Assembly (NCBI GenBank): GCA_965261395.1
Contig: OZ253462.1
Location: 32,001-96,000 of the forward strand
Reading direction: 5' to 3'
Source: Candidatus Latescibacterota bacterium
Lineage (GTDB): Bacteria; Latescibacterota; UBA2968; UBA8231
Length of the DNA stretch: 64,000 bases
Part shown: positions 1-8,616 of the stretch, piece by piece
Position numbering within the stretch: the first letter of the stretch is position 1
Layout of the letters: each line of letters opens with the position of its first letter
Made by a program: the position numbers and the translations under genes
The notes under the pieces: generated by a model
The model's input: only the letters and a program-made list of their open reading frames with translations
What the model was told of the DNA's origin: nothing
The model's database searches: none

Positions 1-1
1 C

Positions 2-799
2 TGGGCCGATAGCCTACCGGTCTTAGAAAACATCTTCTCGCGCCTAGACGAGATCTGGGAGGACAATCAGCGCAACGAAGCCACTCTCGACGTCGCCGAA
101 TTCACTCAAGTCATGCTCGGCGACGACTTTGAACCCATCCTCGTCCGCGTCGAAGCGGCGTTGCGTGCTGGCGTGCCACCGACCCAACTCTGCCGCGCCA
201 TGACCTACGCCGGCGCGCAGCGCACCCTGCGCTTCCACCTCAAAAACGAGGGCGATTGGCACGACGTGGCCAACATTTACTCCTACGCCCACGCCCTGTA
301 TAAGACCTTCCACTACGCCCCCAGCAAGGAGCTGTTGCGCGCCATTTTCCACGGCGCGGTCTTCCTCACCTACCTGCGTTGGCTCAACATGCCGGCTGCC
401 CGCGTCCCACGGCACGGGCAGAAGCTCGACGAGCACTTCGCCTCCAGCGAGGCCATGCTCGATCACCTCGGCGAATTAGCCGATTTCCAAAAGGTCTTTG
501 AGGCCGAAGTCCTCGTCAGCCAGTATCTCGAAGAAGGGCGCGACCTCGCCAAGCTCCGCCACGCCTTGAGCCACATCATGCTCCGCGAAGACGCCGAGCT
601 GCACATGTTCCAAGTGCTCGAAGCTGCGTTCCGGCACTACGACTTGAGCAGCGATCCCGAGGAAAAGCGCGTCCACCTGTTGGCGGCGACCCGCTATATC
701 ACCGCGCAAAAGGTGATGAAAAACATCCTCTGGGCCACGGAAAACGCCGAGCGACTCCAGCGCGGCGAGTTGCTCAGCGAGCGCGAAGACGACGACTAG
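2..799 (+). CDS. C-terminal part of a large helical protein, probably the Rieske (2Fe-2S) domain-containing family; truncated at the window edge
   Basis: The frame is open from base 2 (WADSLPVLENIF...) to TAG at 797-799. The motif RTLRFHLKNEGDWHDVANIYSYAHAL resembles the C-terminal region of long Rieske-domain proteins as I recall them. The Rieske motif itself is not in the window. Confidence 0.5.
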   Translation, partial: WADSLPVLENIFSRLDEIWEDNQRNEATLDVAEFTQVMLGDDFEPILVRVEAALRAGVPPTQLCRAMTYAGAQRTLRFHLKNEGDWHDVANIYSYAHALYKTFHYAPSKELLRAIFHGAVFLTYLRWLNMPAARVPRHGQKLDEHFASSEAMLDHLGELADFQKVFEAEVLVSQYLEEGRDLAKLRHALSHIMLREDAELHMFQVLEAAFRHYDLSSDPEEKRVHLLAATRYITAQKVMKNILWATENAERLQRGELLSEREDDD

Positions 800-810
800 A
801 CGACGACTAG
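789..810. repeat. 11-bp tandem duplication ACGACGACTAG x2 spanning the stop codon
   Basis: Exact copies at 789-799 and 800-810. Confidence 0.9.
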
Positions 811-834
811 AAGACTATACGCTAAAACGAAGAA

Positions 835-860
835 GTGCCCCGACAAAACCGTCGGGGCAC
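835..860. terminator. Likely intrinsic terminator hairpin between convergent genes
   Basis: GTGCCCCGAC-aaaacc-GTCGGGGCAC forms a perfect 10-bp stem. TTCTTCGTTTT follows on the minus strand. Confidence 0.7.
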
Positions 861-895
861 CCTTCAGACTCTGAACCGCGCTTAAACAGTTCGTC

Positions 896-1117
896 TCAAA
901 TGGAACAGATCAGGGAATCGGCGGTCCCGTAAGCGCGACTCTGCGCGGGAGGACGGCAATCGAAGTCCAAACGGAGATCCCCCTCCGAGAGTCCAAGTCC
1001 CTCCAACTGCGGTGGACATGTAAGCAGAGCCGCATTGAGCTTCTTGGTCAGCTTGGGTACCAGAGTTGATTTGCCCGTAGCATCAAGTCCTTCGATGACA
1101 ATGAATCTACCAGCCAT
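896..1117 (-). pseudogene. Truncated CMPK2/thymidylate-kinase-like nucleotide kinase (viperin-associated)
   Basis: FIVIEGLDATGKST P-loop, then LNAALLTCPP and FDCRPPAQSRAY, matching the CMPK2 kinase-domain N-terminus. It is only 73 aa, whereas such kinases are about 200 aa. The start overlaps the viperin stop. Confidence 0.75.
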
Positions 1118-1988
1118 ACAGCCCTCCTCTCTGGAGAAACCGTTCGAGGTTTATAGATACATCCCTCAAGGCTTCATCAACTCCAACATACAAAATAGGG
1201 CGGCTGTAAGTATGGGTGCCTTGAGCGTTATCAAAAAAGCGTCCCGCAGGGTCAATCATGACGTAACTTTCCGTCATCAGCGCATTGTTCTCCGGGACGA
1301 CACTAATTCCGGCATTTTCGACAGACCGATTGCGTTGGACGTACTCCTCAAATTGCTCTATCGCGATCTCGAAATCGGCGATATGTGCGTCGTTTTGACC
1401 ATTGACAGCGAGGGCTTGAAGTATCTTCCAACGCTCCGGGTTTGCCGACCTGATGAAGTCAGTGAAGTCCTCTCGCCAAGTTTCGGAAGTTACGACAGTG
1501 TTGATTTTCAAACGTATCCCACGTCGCTTTATCTGACTGGCGATACGCAGATATTCTTCCTCGGTTATGGGGCTAGTGCCACGGAGTGCACGCCCCAGTC
1601 GTTTCTGTTTTCCCGGATCGACGGTGTCGACGCTTAGCGCGATCCAATCTAGGCTTCCATTTACGTCATCCAGCCAGCGATCGGTGATTCTCGACCCATT
1701 GGTGACAATAGAGGTCGTCGCCCCGCGTTCTTTTGCCCGCCTAATCAGGTCTGGCAACCACGAGCAGAGGGTGGGTTCACCACCAGCAAAATTGATTTTC
1801 CCAAAACCCGCTTCAGTAAGCCGATCCACAACCGAGATAGCATCTTCCTTTGGCAAGTGCCCTTTGGGTAAAATGCTTTGCTTGACATCTTGGAATGTGG
1901 CAAAACAGAACTTGCAACGCATGTTGCACGGCTCCCAGAGATGGAAGTTGACCGATGGAACTTTCTTAGAAAATTGGTTGGTTTGCAT
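1107..1988 (-). CDS. pVip: Prokaryotic viperin (pVip), antiviral radical SAM ddhNTP synthase
   Basis: Motifs SVNFHLWEPCNMRCKFCF (CxxxCxxC), KINFAGGEP, SIVTNGS, KINTVV, RWKILQ, MTESYVMIDPAGRF and C-terminal RGGLYGW. ATG at 1988 follows an AAGGAG RBS and is preferred over TTG at 2006. Confidence 0.92.
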   Translation of the reverse strand: MQTNQFSKKVPSVNFHLWEPCNMRCKFCFATFQDVKQSILPKGHLPKEDAISVVDRLTEAGFGKINFAGGEPTLCSWLPDLIRRAKERGATTSIVTNGSRITDRWLDDVNGSLDWIALSVDTVDPGKQKRLGRALRGTSPITEEEYLRIASQIKRRGIRLKINTVVTSETWREDFTDFIRSANPERWKILQALAVNGQNDAHIADFEIAIEQFEEYVQRNRSVENAGISVVPENNALMTESYVMIDPAGRFFDNAQGTHTYSRPILYVGVDEALRDVSINLERFLQRGGLYGW

Positions 1989-2049
1989 CTGAAGCTCCTT
2001 TCTCAATTGAGATTAAAGGGACGATGTTGCTATCCCAGTTGTCTGAAAG

Positions 2050-2245
2050 GATGCGTCGTATGCACGATCCCAAAAGGATCAAAGTGCGGCTATTGAGAGC
2101 CGCGAAGTGCGACGCATCTGATAAAACGAAATTTGGGGGCAGAGGTTGACCGTGAAAGCGTCAGAGCTGGTAACGGCCAACCTCTGCCGGTGCATCATTT
2201 GCCCTTACCCTTGCCGGGCGGGGCATTGCCGCGTCCACGCCCGGA
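2050..2245 (-). promoter_or_regulatory. Highly structured intergenic leader upstream of viperin (candidate attenuator or ncRNA)
   Basis: Stems CCGGGCG/CGCCCGG and GGCAGAGGTTG.CCGT/ACGG.CAACCTCTGCC (2138-2188, followed by a U-rich tract). A multibranch fold at 2050-2118 is closed by GATGCGTCG/CGACGCATC. Confidence 0.5.
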
Positions 2246-2260
2246 AGTCCGGCGATACTG

Positions 2261-2419
2261 CTATTTCTTGACCGCTGCTCTCTGAGCGCGCGCCGCAAAG
2301 CTGCCCTTGGCAACCTTGCCACCATCCTTGGCAGCCGCCCCCTGGATACGTGCCGCGGCCTTCGGGGTCATGCGGTTACCGCCTTTCCCACTGCCTCGGC
2401 TTCCGGTTGATTTGGCCAT
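2261..2419 (-). CDS. 52-aa basic Gly/Ala-rich SMP (seed maturation protein)-like small protein, absent from the ORF track
   Basis: MAKSTGSRGSGKGGNRMTPKAAARIQGAAAKDGGKVAKGSFAARAQRAAVKK, with a near-perfect RBS GAAAGGAGGTGA at 2424-2435. It carries the MTxxAAxRIQ...GGxVxKGSFAARAQxAA motif. Confidence 0.85.
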   Translation of the reverse strand: MAKSTGSRGSGKGGNRMTPKAAARIQGAAAKDGGKVAKGSFAARAQRAAVKK

Positions 2420-2575
2420 GTCATCACCTCCTTTCTTGTAGAAATGAGCCGCCTCACGGGGACACTATGCTTCCCAATCGAAGAACGGCTTGCTTCCCGT
2501 CATAAGTGATTCCGTTCATTGACCTCTCACTATACAACACCTAAGCGATGAAAAAGTGTTCCTCTTATTCGCCAT

Positions 2576-4312
2576 TTATACTTCCCAATGGAGGCGATCA
2601 TCTTTCTCCCGTGTACGATGCAGTTCCTTGCGGCGCGTCCGCATGGCTCCAGATTCATCGATCTTTTTTCCAAGCGTCAAAAGATGCGCTTGGCGAAGCC
2701 ACCAAAAGGCTTCAAAGAGGGGGCGGCGAGGCGAGGCCCCGTCATCTAAGTTGGGTTTCTTGCGATCTAAGTGCCGAATTCTCTTGTGTGCTTTCTTGGC
2801 AAGGCTGCGGACCGTTGAGTCTGGGTCGTTGTTGAGAAGCCAAAATACAGTTCGGTGCGCCCGACCGCCGGGATTGACGCGCAAGGCCGCCAAGGCTTGT
2901 ACGTAGCCCTGACGCCACAGCGGTCGAGGCTCTATGAAATCGGCGTTGGTATAGCCTGCTGCTTTTTTAGCTTTTGTCTTGAGTCGTCCAAGGCAAAATT
3001 TAGCGAACTCTTCACGCAAAGTCTGTAAGTGCGAATCTCGGTCCAGCTCTGCCCGCAGGTTCTGAGGGTACGTGGCGATCTCGATCCACAGCGGTATTTC
3101 ACTATACGGATAAGGAGGAGCCTCTCTTCCATGTTCGTCCCGAGGGCGCAGATCAGATGTAACAGCCGGCACGTTCATCTCCGTAAAAACCAGCAATAAG
3201 GGCTTCAGGCATTTCCACGGGTCGGCAAAACTTAGCAAAATATCAAACGCCTTTCTGTAAAAATCGGACACTTCTCCTGCTGAATTTTTCTCCTTAAAAA
3301 CTTTTGGGTCATCTCGTAACACCGCCCGCAACATTCCGATATGTCTAGCGGCACTTTCGATAAGCCGATTTCTCAGTTCTGTAGAGAGTTCAGATTCCAA
3401 TCCGCCCATACTCCTACTGTAAATTATCTTGGCTAATCCCCACCAAGCTTTAATCAATGAGGAGCTTTCCTGATTTGACTCTGGCTGTTTCGTATTCAGA
3501 AGGTCCAAAAACGGAATTAACTCATGTGCAACAACCCGCCATCCGTCGTTCAGAGCATCTAAACGTTCCTTACTCGATACAGATCCAAGACTCATAGCGT
3601 AGTGGATGGCATTTAAGAAGCCGAGAATTTTTTCGCCTAAAACATCTGCTGGAAGATCGGTAAAAGCTGGCAACAGTGTGTGCAGGCTGACTGTGCTGCA
3701 ATGTTCTGCATTCTTGCGAAAGCGCCAGATTAGCCAAAATTCAAGTTCCTTGGGATCTCTAAAATCACTACTGGACCATTCTCTCCGTTGAACGGGATTC
3801 AGAGCATTGAGATCGACGACCTGAGTTAAAGGCAAGTCTTTGGGAAAGAGAAATAGAATCAGGTCGGCGAATAGGAAGGAAGAGGAATCCTTCATTTCGT
3901 TAAGCTTGTGCCAATCCAAGTTTTTTGCGCAAAACGCTGCGTGCTGCCGAAATTCGTGGACCCAAGGGCCATTAACACGGGGCCGCAGCTCTTCACTGTA
4001 ATAAACCGGGCCGCAATTGAGCATAGAGCCAAAAAGAAGGGCCAAGCGAGTTTGGCGATCTTTTGCGTCTATGTTTTCTACAATGCGGGGAAGGTCGCGC
4101 TCGAAGGAATCTACGAAATGGTCTTTGAATACAGCGTTGCTTGCAGAACTGCCAAAACAGTCTGGACGCTCAAAGACGCGCAGCAGCCACGCTTGGTCAT
4201 CAGGAGAGAAACCTGCATCGTGCAGACACTCCTTGATGTGGACTACTTCTAAGTGTTTTGAATCTTCTGGGAGATCAATAAGGCCGGAACGACCCTCTTT
4301 AGCTTTGCCCAT
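2576..4312 (-). CDS. Hypothetical 578-aa helical protein, lower GC, candidate defence gene
   Basis: Long ORF with an AAGGGA RBS. A HEAT-like motif (NDPDSTVRSLA) lies near the C-terminus. No family recognised. Confidence 0.7.
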   Translation of the reverse strand: MGKAKEGRSGLIDLPEDSKHLEVVHIKECLHDAGFSPDDQAWLLRVFERPDCFGSSASNAVFKDHFVDSFERDLPRIVENIDAKDRQTRLALLFGSMLNCGPVYYSEELRPRVNGPWVHEFRQHAAFCAKNLDWHKLNEMKDSSSFLFADLILFLFPKDLPLTQVVDLNALNPVQRREWSSSDFRDPKELEFWLIWRFRKNAEHCSTVSLHTLLPAFTDLPADVLGEKILGFLNAIHYAMSLGSVSSKERLDALNDGWRVVAHELIPFLDLLNTKQPESNQESSSLIKAWWGLAKIIYSRSMGGLESELSTELRNRLIESAARHIGMLRAVLRDDPKVFKEKNSAGEVSDFYRKAFDILLSFADPWKCLKPLLLVFTEMNVPAVTSDLRPRDEHGREAPPYPYSEIPLWIEIATYPQNLRAELDRDSHLQTLREEFAKFCLGRLKTKAKKAAGYTNADFIEPRPLWRQGYVQALAALRVNPGGRAHRTVFWLLNNDPDSTVRSLAKKAHKRIRHLDRKKPNLDDGASPRRPLFEAFWWLRQAHLLTLGKKIDESGAMRTRRKELHRTREKDDRLHWEV

Positions 4313-4631
4313 ATTTGTTCCCTTACTAGGCGAAAACTACATCCTGTGTGAAACGATTGACGTAGGCGTTGGAAAACCCGTGTCAAATTGTGAACCCGTA
4401 GGAATCCCGCCTGAAGAAGAATCGGGATCGGAAGAGATGCAGAAGGCATCAAAGCAACGAGGTTCTCATCTAATTCGAAATTTCTTTGCCCTGTGATCCT
4501 TGTCAACCCCTAGCTGCTTTTTTACAAAGCCAAGGTAGTCTCATAAACATCTGAGACATTCGGATTATTCTAGGCATCGTCCCTACTATGTTCGCCTGCG
4601 GCTCTGCTTTCGCACCGCCGCTCGTACTACA

Positions 4632-4722
4632 TATAGCAATCCTAAATCATTGACTAGACTGGATTCCCGCTTTCGCGGGAATGACTTATAGATAGAAGAG
4701 ACCGGGCTGATGGACCGCTATA
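4632..4722. mobile_element. MITE-like element with TA-ended imperfect terminal inverted repeats and an internal REP/dRS3-like palindrome
   Basis: Left end TATAGCAATCC; right end GGACCGCTATA (reverse complement TATAGCGGTCC, 9/11 match). Internal CTGGATTCCCGCTTTCGCGGGAATGAC at 4659-4685. Confidence 0.5.
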
Positions 4723-4755
4723 TCTAACACCTCTACCGGCGAAATGTGTCACCTT

Positions 4756-7700
4756 TCACCAGCGAGACAGCTTAAAACGCAGCTTCCACTCCTCGACCGC
4801 ACAGTAAAGCACCGGCACAATCGGCGCGGTCAGCACCACTGCCATCATGCCGCCGAAGGTGGGAATGGCCATCGGCACCATGAGGTCTGCGCCGCGTCCG
4901 GTCGCCGTCAGCACGGGGATCAGCGCCAAGATCGTAGTGGCCGCCGTCATCAGGCAGGGGCGGATGCGCCGCACCCCGGCGGCGAGCGCTGCGTTGCGCA
5001 TCGCCTCGATAGTCGCTGGCTTTTGCTCGTGGAAGAGCTGGCGCAGATAGGTCGCCACGATCACGCCGTTGTCCGAAGCAATGCCAAATAGCGCGAGAAA
5101 CCCCACCCACACCGCCACGCTCAAGTTCACAGGACGGATGTGGAAGAGCGCGCGCATCTCTGTGCCAAAGACGGAAAAATCCAAAAACCATTCCTGCCCG
5201 TAGAGCCAGAGCATGGCGAAGCCACCGGCCCAAGCCACGGCAACGCCGGAAAAGACCATCAGGGCCGTGGCGGCGCTGCCAAACTGGAAATAGAGGATGA
5301 GGAATATCGTCGCCAGCGCGAGCGGCAGCAGCACGTTGAGCTTCTTTTGCGCTCGCAGTTGGTTTTCGTAACTGCCGGCGAAGGCGTAGCTGACGCCGGT
5401 CTCCAATACGAGATCGCCGCTGGCCCTTTTACTGGCCAAATAATATCGGCACGCTTCCACCACATCGACTTCCGCGTACCCCGGCTTCTTGTCGAAGAGC
5501 ACGTAGCCTAGCAAAAACGTATCCTCGCTCTTGATGACCTGTGGGCCGCGCACGTAGCGAATCTCGGCCAACTCACCCAAGGGGATCTGCGCCCCGTCCG
5601 GTGCTGGCACCAAGATTCGCACCAGTTCCTCGATACTGTCGCGAAATTCGCGCATGTAGCGCACCCGCACGGGATAGCGCTCGCGGCCTTCCACCGTGGT
5701 CGTGACCAGCTTGCCGCCGATGGCGATCTCAATTACGTCCTGCACCTCTTGCAGGGTGATGCCGTGGCGGGCAATGGCCTCGCGGTCAATGTGGATCTCC
5801 AAGTAGGGCTTGCCGACGATGCGGTCGGCGTTGACGGTCGCCGGCTCGACCATAGGCACTTTCTTGAGCAAACGCTCTAGCTGCAAACCGGCGCGCTCGA
5901 TGGCCTCCAAACTTGGGCCTTTAATCTCAATGCCCATGGGGGCGCGCATCCCGCTCTGCAACATGACGAGCCGCGCGGCAATCGGCTGTAACTTCGGCGC
6001 AGATGTAGAGCCGGGGATCTGGCCAGCCTGGGTGATCTCCGCCCATATATCATCGGTTCCCCGTATCCCCGGCCAAGCGGCGCGTCCCGGATTGAGCGCG
6101 GGATCCAAGGGCGGACGCCACAAGCGAAAAGGCCGCCCATCGGCGTCGGGCACGAGGCGACCGGCTGCGTCGCGGAGATAGCGGCCCGGCACCTCGTAGG
6201 GCGTGCCATCGGAGGCGGCTGCAGGCGTGCCATCGGGGGCGCGGAAGAGATCTGTAGCGTGCTCGTCAAAAGCGAATAGCAGGCGGCGGCCAGCCTCGTC
6301 GGTGAGGTATTCCGCACGATAGTTGATCACGGTCTCAATCATGGAAATTGGCGCGGGGTCCAGCGAGGTCTCCGCCCGTCCCAGCTTTCCCACCGCAGAT
6401 TCAACTTCTGGTATCTGCGCGATGGCCGCGTCTTGCTTCTGCAAGACGTCGAGCACCTCGCCGATGGAAGCGTGGGGCATGGTCGTCGGCATCCACAAGA
6501 AAGAACCTTCGTCGAGAGGCGGCATAAACTCCTTGCCCAGTCCGGGCAGGGCCTCAGCGAGGGCGGCAAAGGGCGCTGAATTGCGCAGGGCGGGCGGCAC
6601 AAAGCCGAAGACGCGGGGAAAACCCAGCCACGCGGACGCGCCGGTAATCAGTAGCAGCACGGGAAACAGCAGGACCAAGCCCTTGTGATCCAGACACCAC
6701 CCGAGCACGCGGGGGAATACATGTTGCAAGACGCGAAAAAGCGCCAACAGGCCACCGATCAATCCAGCGGCGAAGAGAAAATTGCGCCAGCCGCCCTTTT
6801 CCGGGCCAAGGGGCAACCAGTGTTCCGCTAGTACAACAACGACCCCGATAGCCGCAGCGGCCACCACGCCCCGCGCCACCCACAAGCGCACCCACTCCGG
6901 TACGCGGGCGGCGAGTAGGTGATACGCCCCAATAGCTATCAGCAGCAGACCGATCCACCACGACAGCGCGAGCCCCACTCCGAGACCACAGGCGGCCCAA
7001 AGGCCAGGTGCCCAACGCCCCAGTCGAGTTCCAAACACGCAGTGTGCCAAGGCCGGCAAGGCCGTCAGCGACAGCCACACCGCGGCCAACAGCGCAAAGG
7101 TCTTGGTAAAGGCCAACGGCGCAAAGAGCTTGCCCTCGGCTCCTTCCATGGCGAAGACGGGCAAAAAGCCCACCACTGTGGTCAGCACGGCCGTTAGCAC
7201 GGCACCGCCGACCTCGCGCGTGGCGCGGAAGATCACTTCCAAGCGGTCGTCTTCTGCGTCTGCATCCTCTAAGTGCTTGAGGATGTTCTCGCTGATGACG
7301 ATGCCCATATCCACCATAGTGCCGATGGCGATGGCAATGCCGGAGAGGGCGACTATGTTGGCGTCAATGCCAAAGACCTTCATCGCGGCGAAGCAGGCGA
7401 GCACAGCTAGCGGCAACAGCCCGGAAACCAACACGGCCCCGCGCAAGTTCATCACCAGCGCCAGCACCACGATCACCGTTACCAGCACCTCCTCGCTCAG
7501 GGCGCGCTCCAGCGTGCCCAGCGTCTCCTCGATCAAGCCGGAGCGGTCGTAAAACGGGATCACCTGCACTTGGCTGACCCGCCCGTCGGGCAGGGTCTTC
7601 TTGGGCAGGCTCGGGGCGATCTCCGCGATTTTGGCCTTGACGCTTTCAATGGCGACTAGGGGATTGGCACCATAGCGCGCCACCACCACGCCGCCGACCA

Positions 7701-8616
7701 CCTCCGCGCCTCCCTTGTCCAACGCACCGCGCCGCAGCGCCGGCCCCAGCGCGACCCGCGCGACGTTTTTGACGTAAATCGGCACGTTGTCCCGCGCCTT
7801 GATGACGGCGTTTTCAAGGTCGGCCAATTCTTTGACAAAGCCGATGCCGCGAATGACGTACTCGACTCGATTCAACTCGACGGTGCGCGCACCCACGTCC
7901 CGGTTGGACATGCGCACCGCGCGGAAAACCTCGTCGAGCCGCACCCCATAGGCGCGCATTGCGTCCGGGTTGACGTCGATTTGGTATTCCTGCACGAAGC
8001 CGCCCACGGAAGCCACCTCGCTGACGCCGTCGGCAGCCAACAGGGCATAGCGCACCTGCCAGTCCTGAATGCGGCGCAACTCGTGCAGATCCCAGCCGCC
8101 GGTGGGCGCGCCCTGTTCGTCGCGGCCTTCCAACGTGTACCAGAATACCTGCCCCAAGGCCGTTGCGTCCGGCCCCAAGGCCGGCTGGACGCCCTCGGGC
8201 AGGAGACTAGCCGGCAGGCTGTTGAGCTTTTCGAGGATGCGGGAGCGCGACCAATAGAAATCGACTTCTTCGGCAAAAATCACATAGATGCTCGAAAAGC
8301 CGAACATCGAAGAGCTGCGGATCGTCTCAACGCCCGGCACGCCCAAAAGCGCCGTGGTCAGCGGATAAGTCACCTGATCTTCCACGTCTTGCGGCGAGCG
8401 GCCCGGCCACTCGCTGAAGACGATCTGTTGGTTCTCGCCGAGGTCTGGGATCGCATCTACGGGCACGGGATCGCGCGGCAGCCATGTGAACTCCCAAGCA
8501 AAGGGGGCGACCGCAAGGCCCCAACCCACGAGGCCGACCAACATGAGCGCGACGACCAGCTTGCGCGTGAGAAAGAAGCGCTCCAAGCGGGCGAGCAACG
8601 AATTTTGTCCTTCCAT
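4756..8616 (-). CDS. cusA: CusA/CzcA-family heavy-metal RND efflux permease
   Basis: VDAIPDLGENQQIVFSEWPGRSPQDVEDQVTYPL, LGPDATALGQVFWY, GIAIAIGTMVD, GKEFMPPLDEG, RIRPCLMT. Confidence 0.92.
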   Translation of the reverse strand: MEGQNSLLARLERFFLTRKLVVALMLVGLVGWGLAVAPFAWEFTWLPRDPVPVDAIPDLGENQQIVFSEWPGRSPQDVEDQVTYPLTTALLGVPGVETIRSSSMFGFSSIYVIFAEEVDFYWSRSRILEKLNSLPASLLPEGVQPALGPDATALGQVFWYTLEGRDEQGAPTGGWDLHELRRIQDWQVRYALLAADGVSEVASVGGFVQEYQIDVNPDAMRAYGVRLDEVFRAVRMSNRDVGARTVELNRVEYVIRGIGFVKELADLENAVIKARDNVPIYVKNVARVALGPALRRGALDKGGAEVVGGVVVARYGANPLVAIESVKAKIAEIAPSLPKKTLPDGRVSQVQVIPFYDRSGLIEETLGTLERALSEEVLVTVIVVLALVMNLRGAVLVSGLLPLAVLACFAAMKVFGIDANIVALSGIAIAIGTMVDMGIVISENILKHLEDADAEDDRLEVIFRATREVGGAVLTAVLTTVVGFLPVFAMEGAEGKLFAPLAFTKTFALLAAVWLSLTALPALAHCVFGTRLGRWAPGLWAACGLGVGLALSWWIGLLLIAIGAYHLLAARVPEWVRLWVARGVVAAAAIGVVVVLAEHWLPLGPEKGGWRNFLFAAGLIGGLLALFRVLQHVFPRVLGWCLDHKGLVLLFPVLLLITGASAWLGFPRVFGFVPPALRNSAPFAALAEALPGLGKEFMPPLDEGSFLWMPTTMPHASIGEVLDVLQKQDAAIAQIPEVESAVGKLGRAETSLDPAPISMIETVINYRAEYLTDEAGRRLLFAFDEHATDLFRAPDGTPAAASDGTPYEVPGRYLRDAAGRLVPDADGRPFRLWRPPLDPALNPGRAAWPGIRGTDDIWAEITQAGQIPGSTSAPKLQPIAARLVMLQSGMRAPMGIEIKGPSLEAIERAGLQLERLLKKVPMVEPATVNADRIVGKPYLEIHIDREAIARHGITLQEVQDVIEIAIGGKLVTTTVEGRERYPVRVRYMREFRDSIEELVRILVPAPDGAQIPLGELAEIRYVRGPQVIKSEDTFLLGYVLFDKKPGYAEVDVVEACRYYLASKRASGDLVLETGVSYAFAGSYENQLRAQKKLNVLLPLALATIFLILYFQFGSAATALMVFSGVAVAWAGGFAMLWLYGQEWFLDFSVFGTEMRALFHIRPVNLSVAVWVGFLALFGIASDNGVIVATYLRQLFHEQKPATIEAMRNAALAAGVRRIRPCLMTAATTILALIPVLTATGRGADLMVPMAIPTFGGMMAVVLTAPIVPVLYCAVEEWKLRFKLSRW

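Noticed and set aside
1035-1637. 200-aa plus-strand ORF opposite viperin
   Set aside because: Antisense shadow of a well-supported gene, with no motif or RBS.
794-4659. GACTAGAC at 794-801 and 4652-4659 as attL/attR of the islet
   Set aside because: Eight bases is too short to distinguish from chance, and no recombinase is present.
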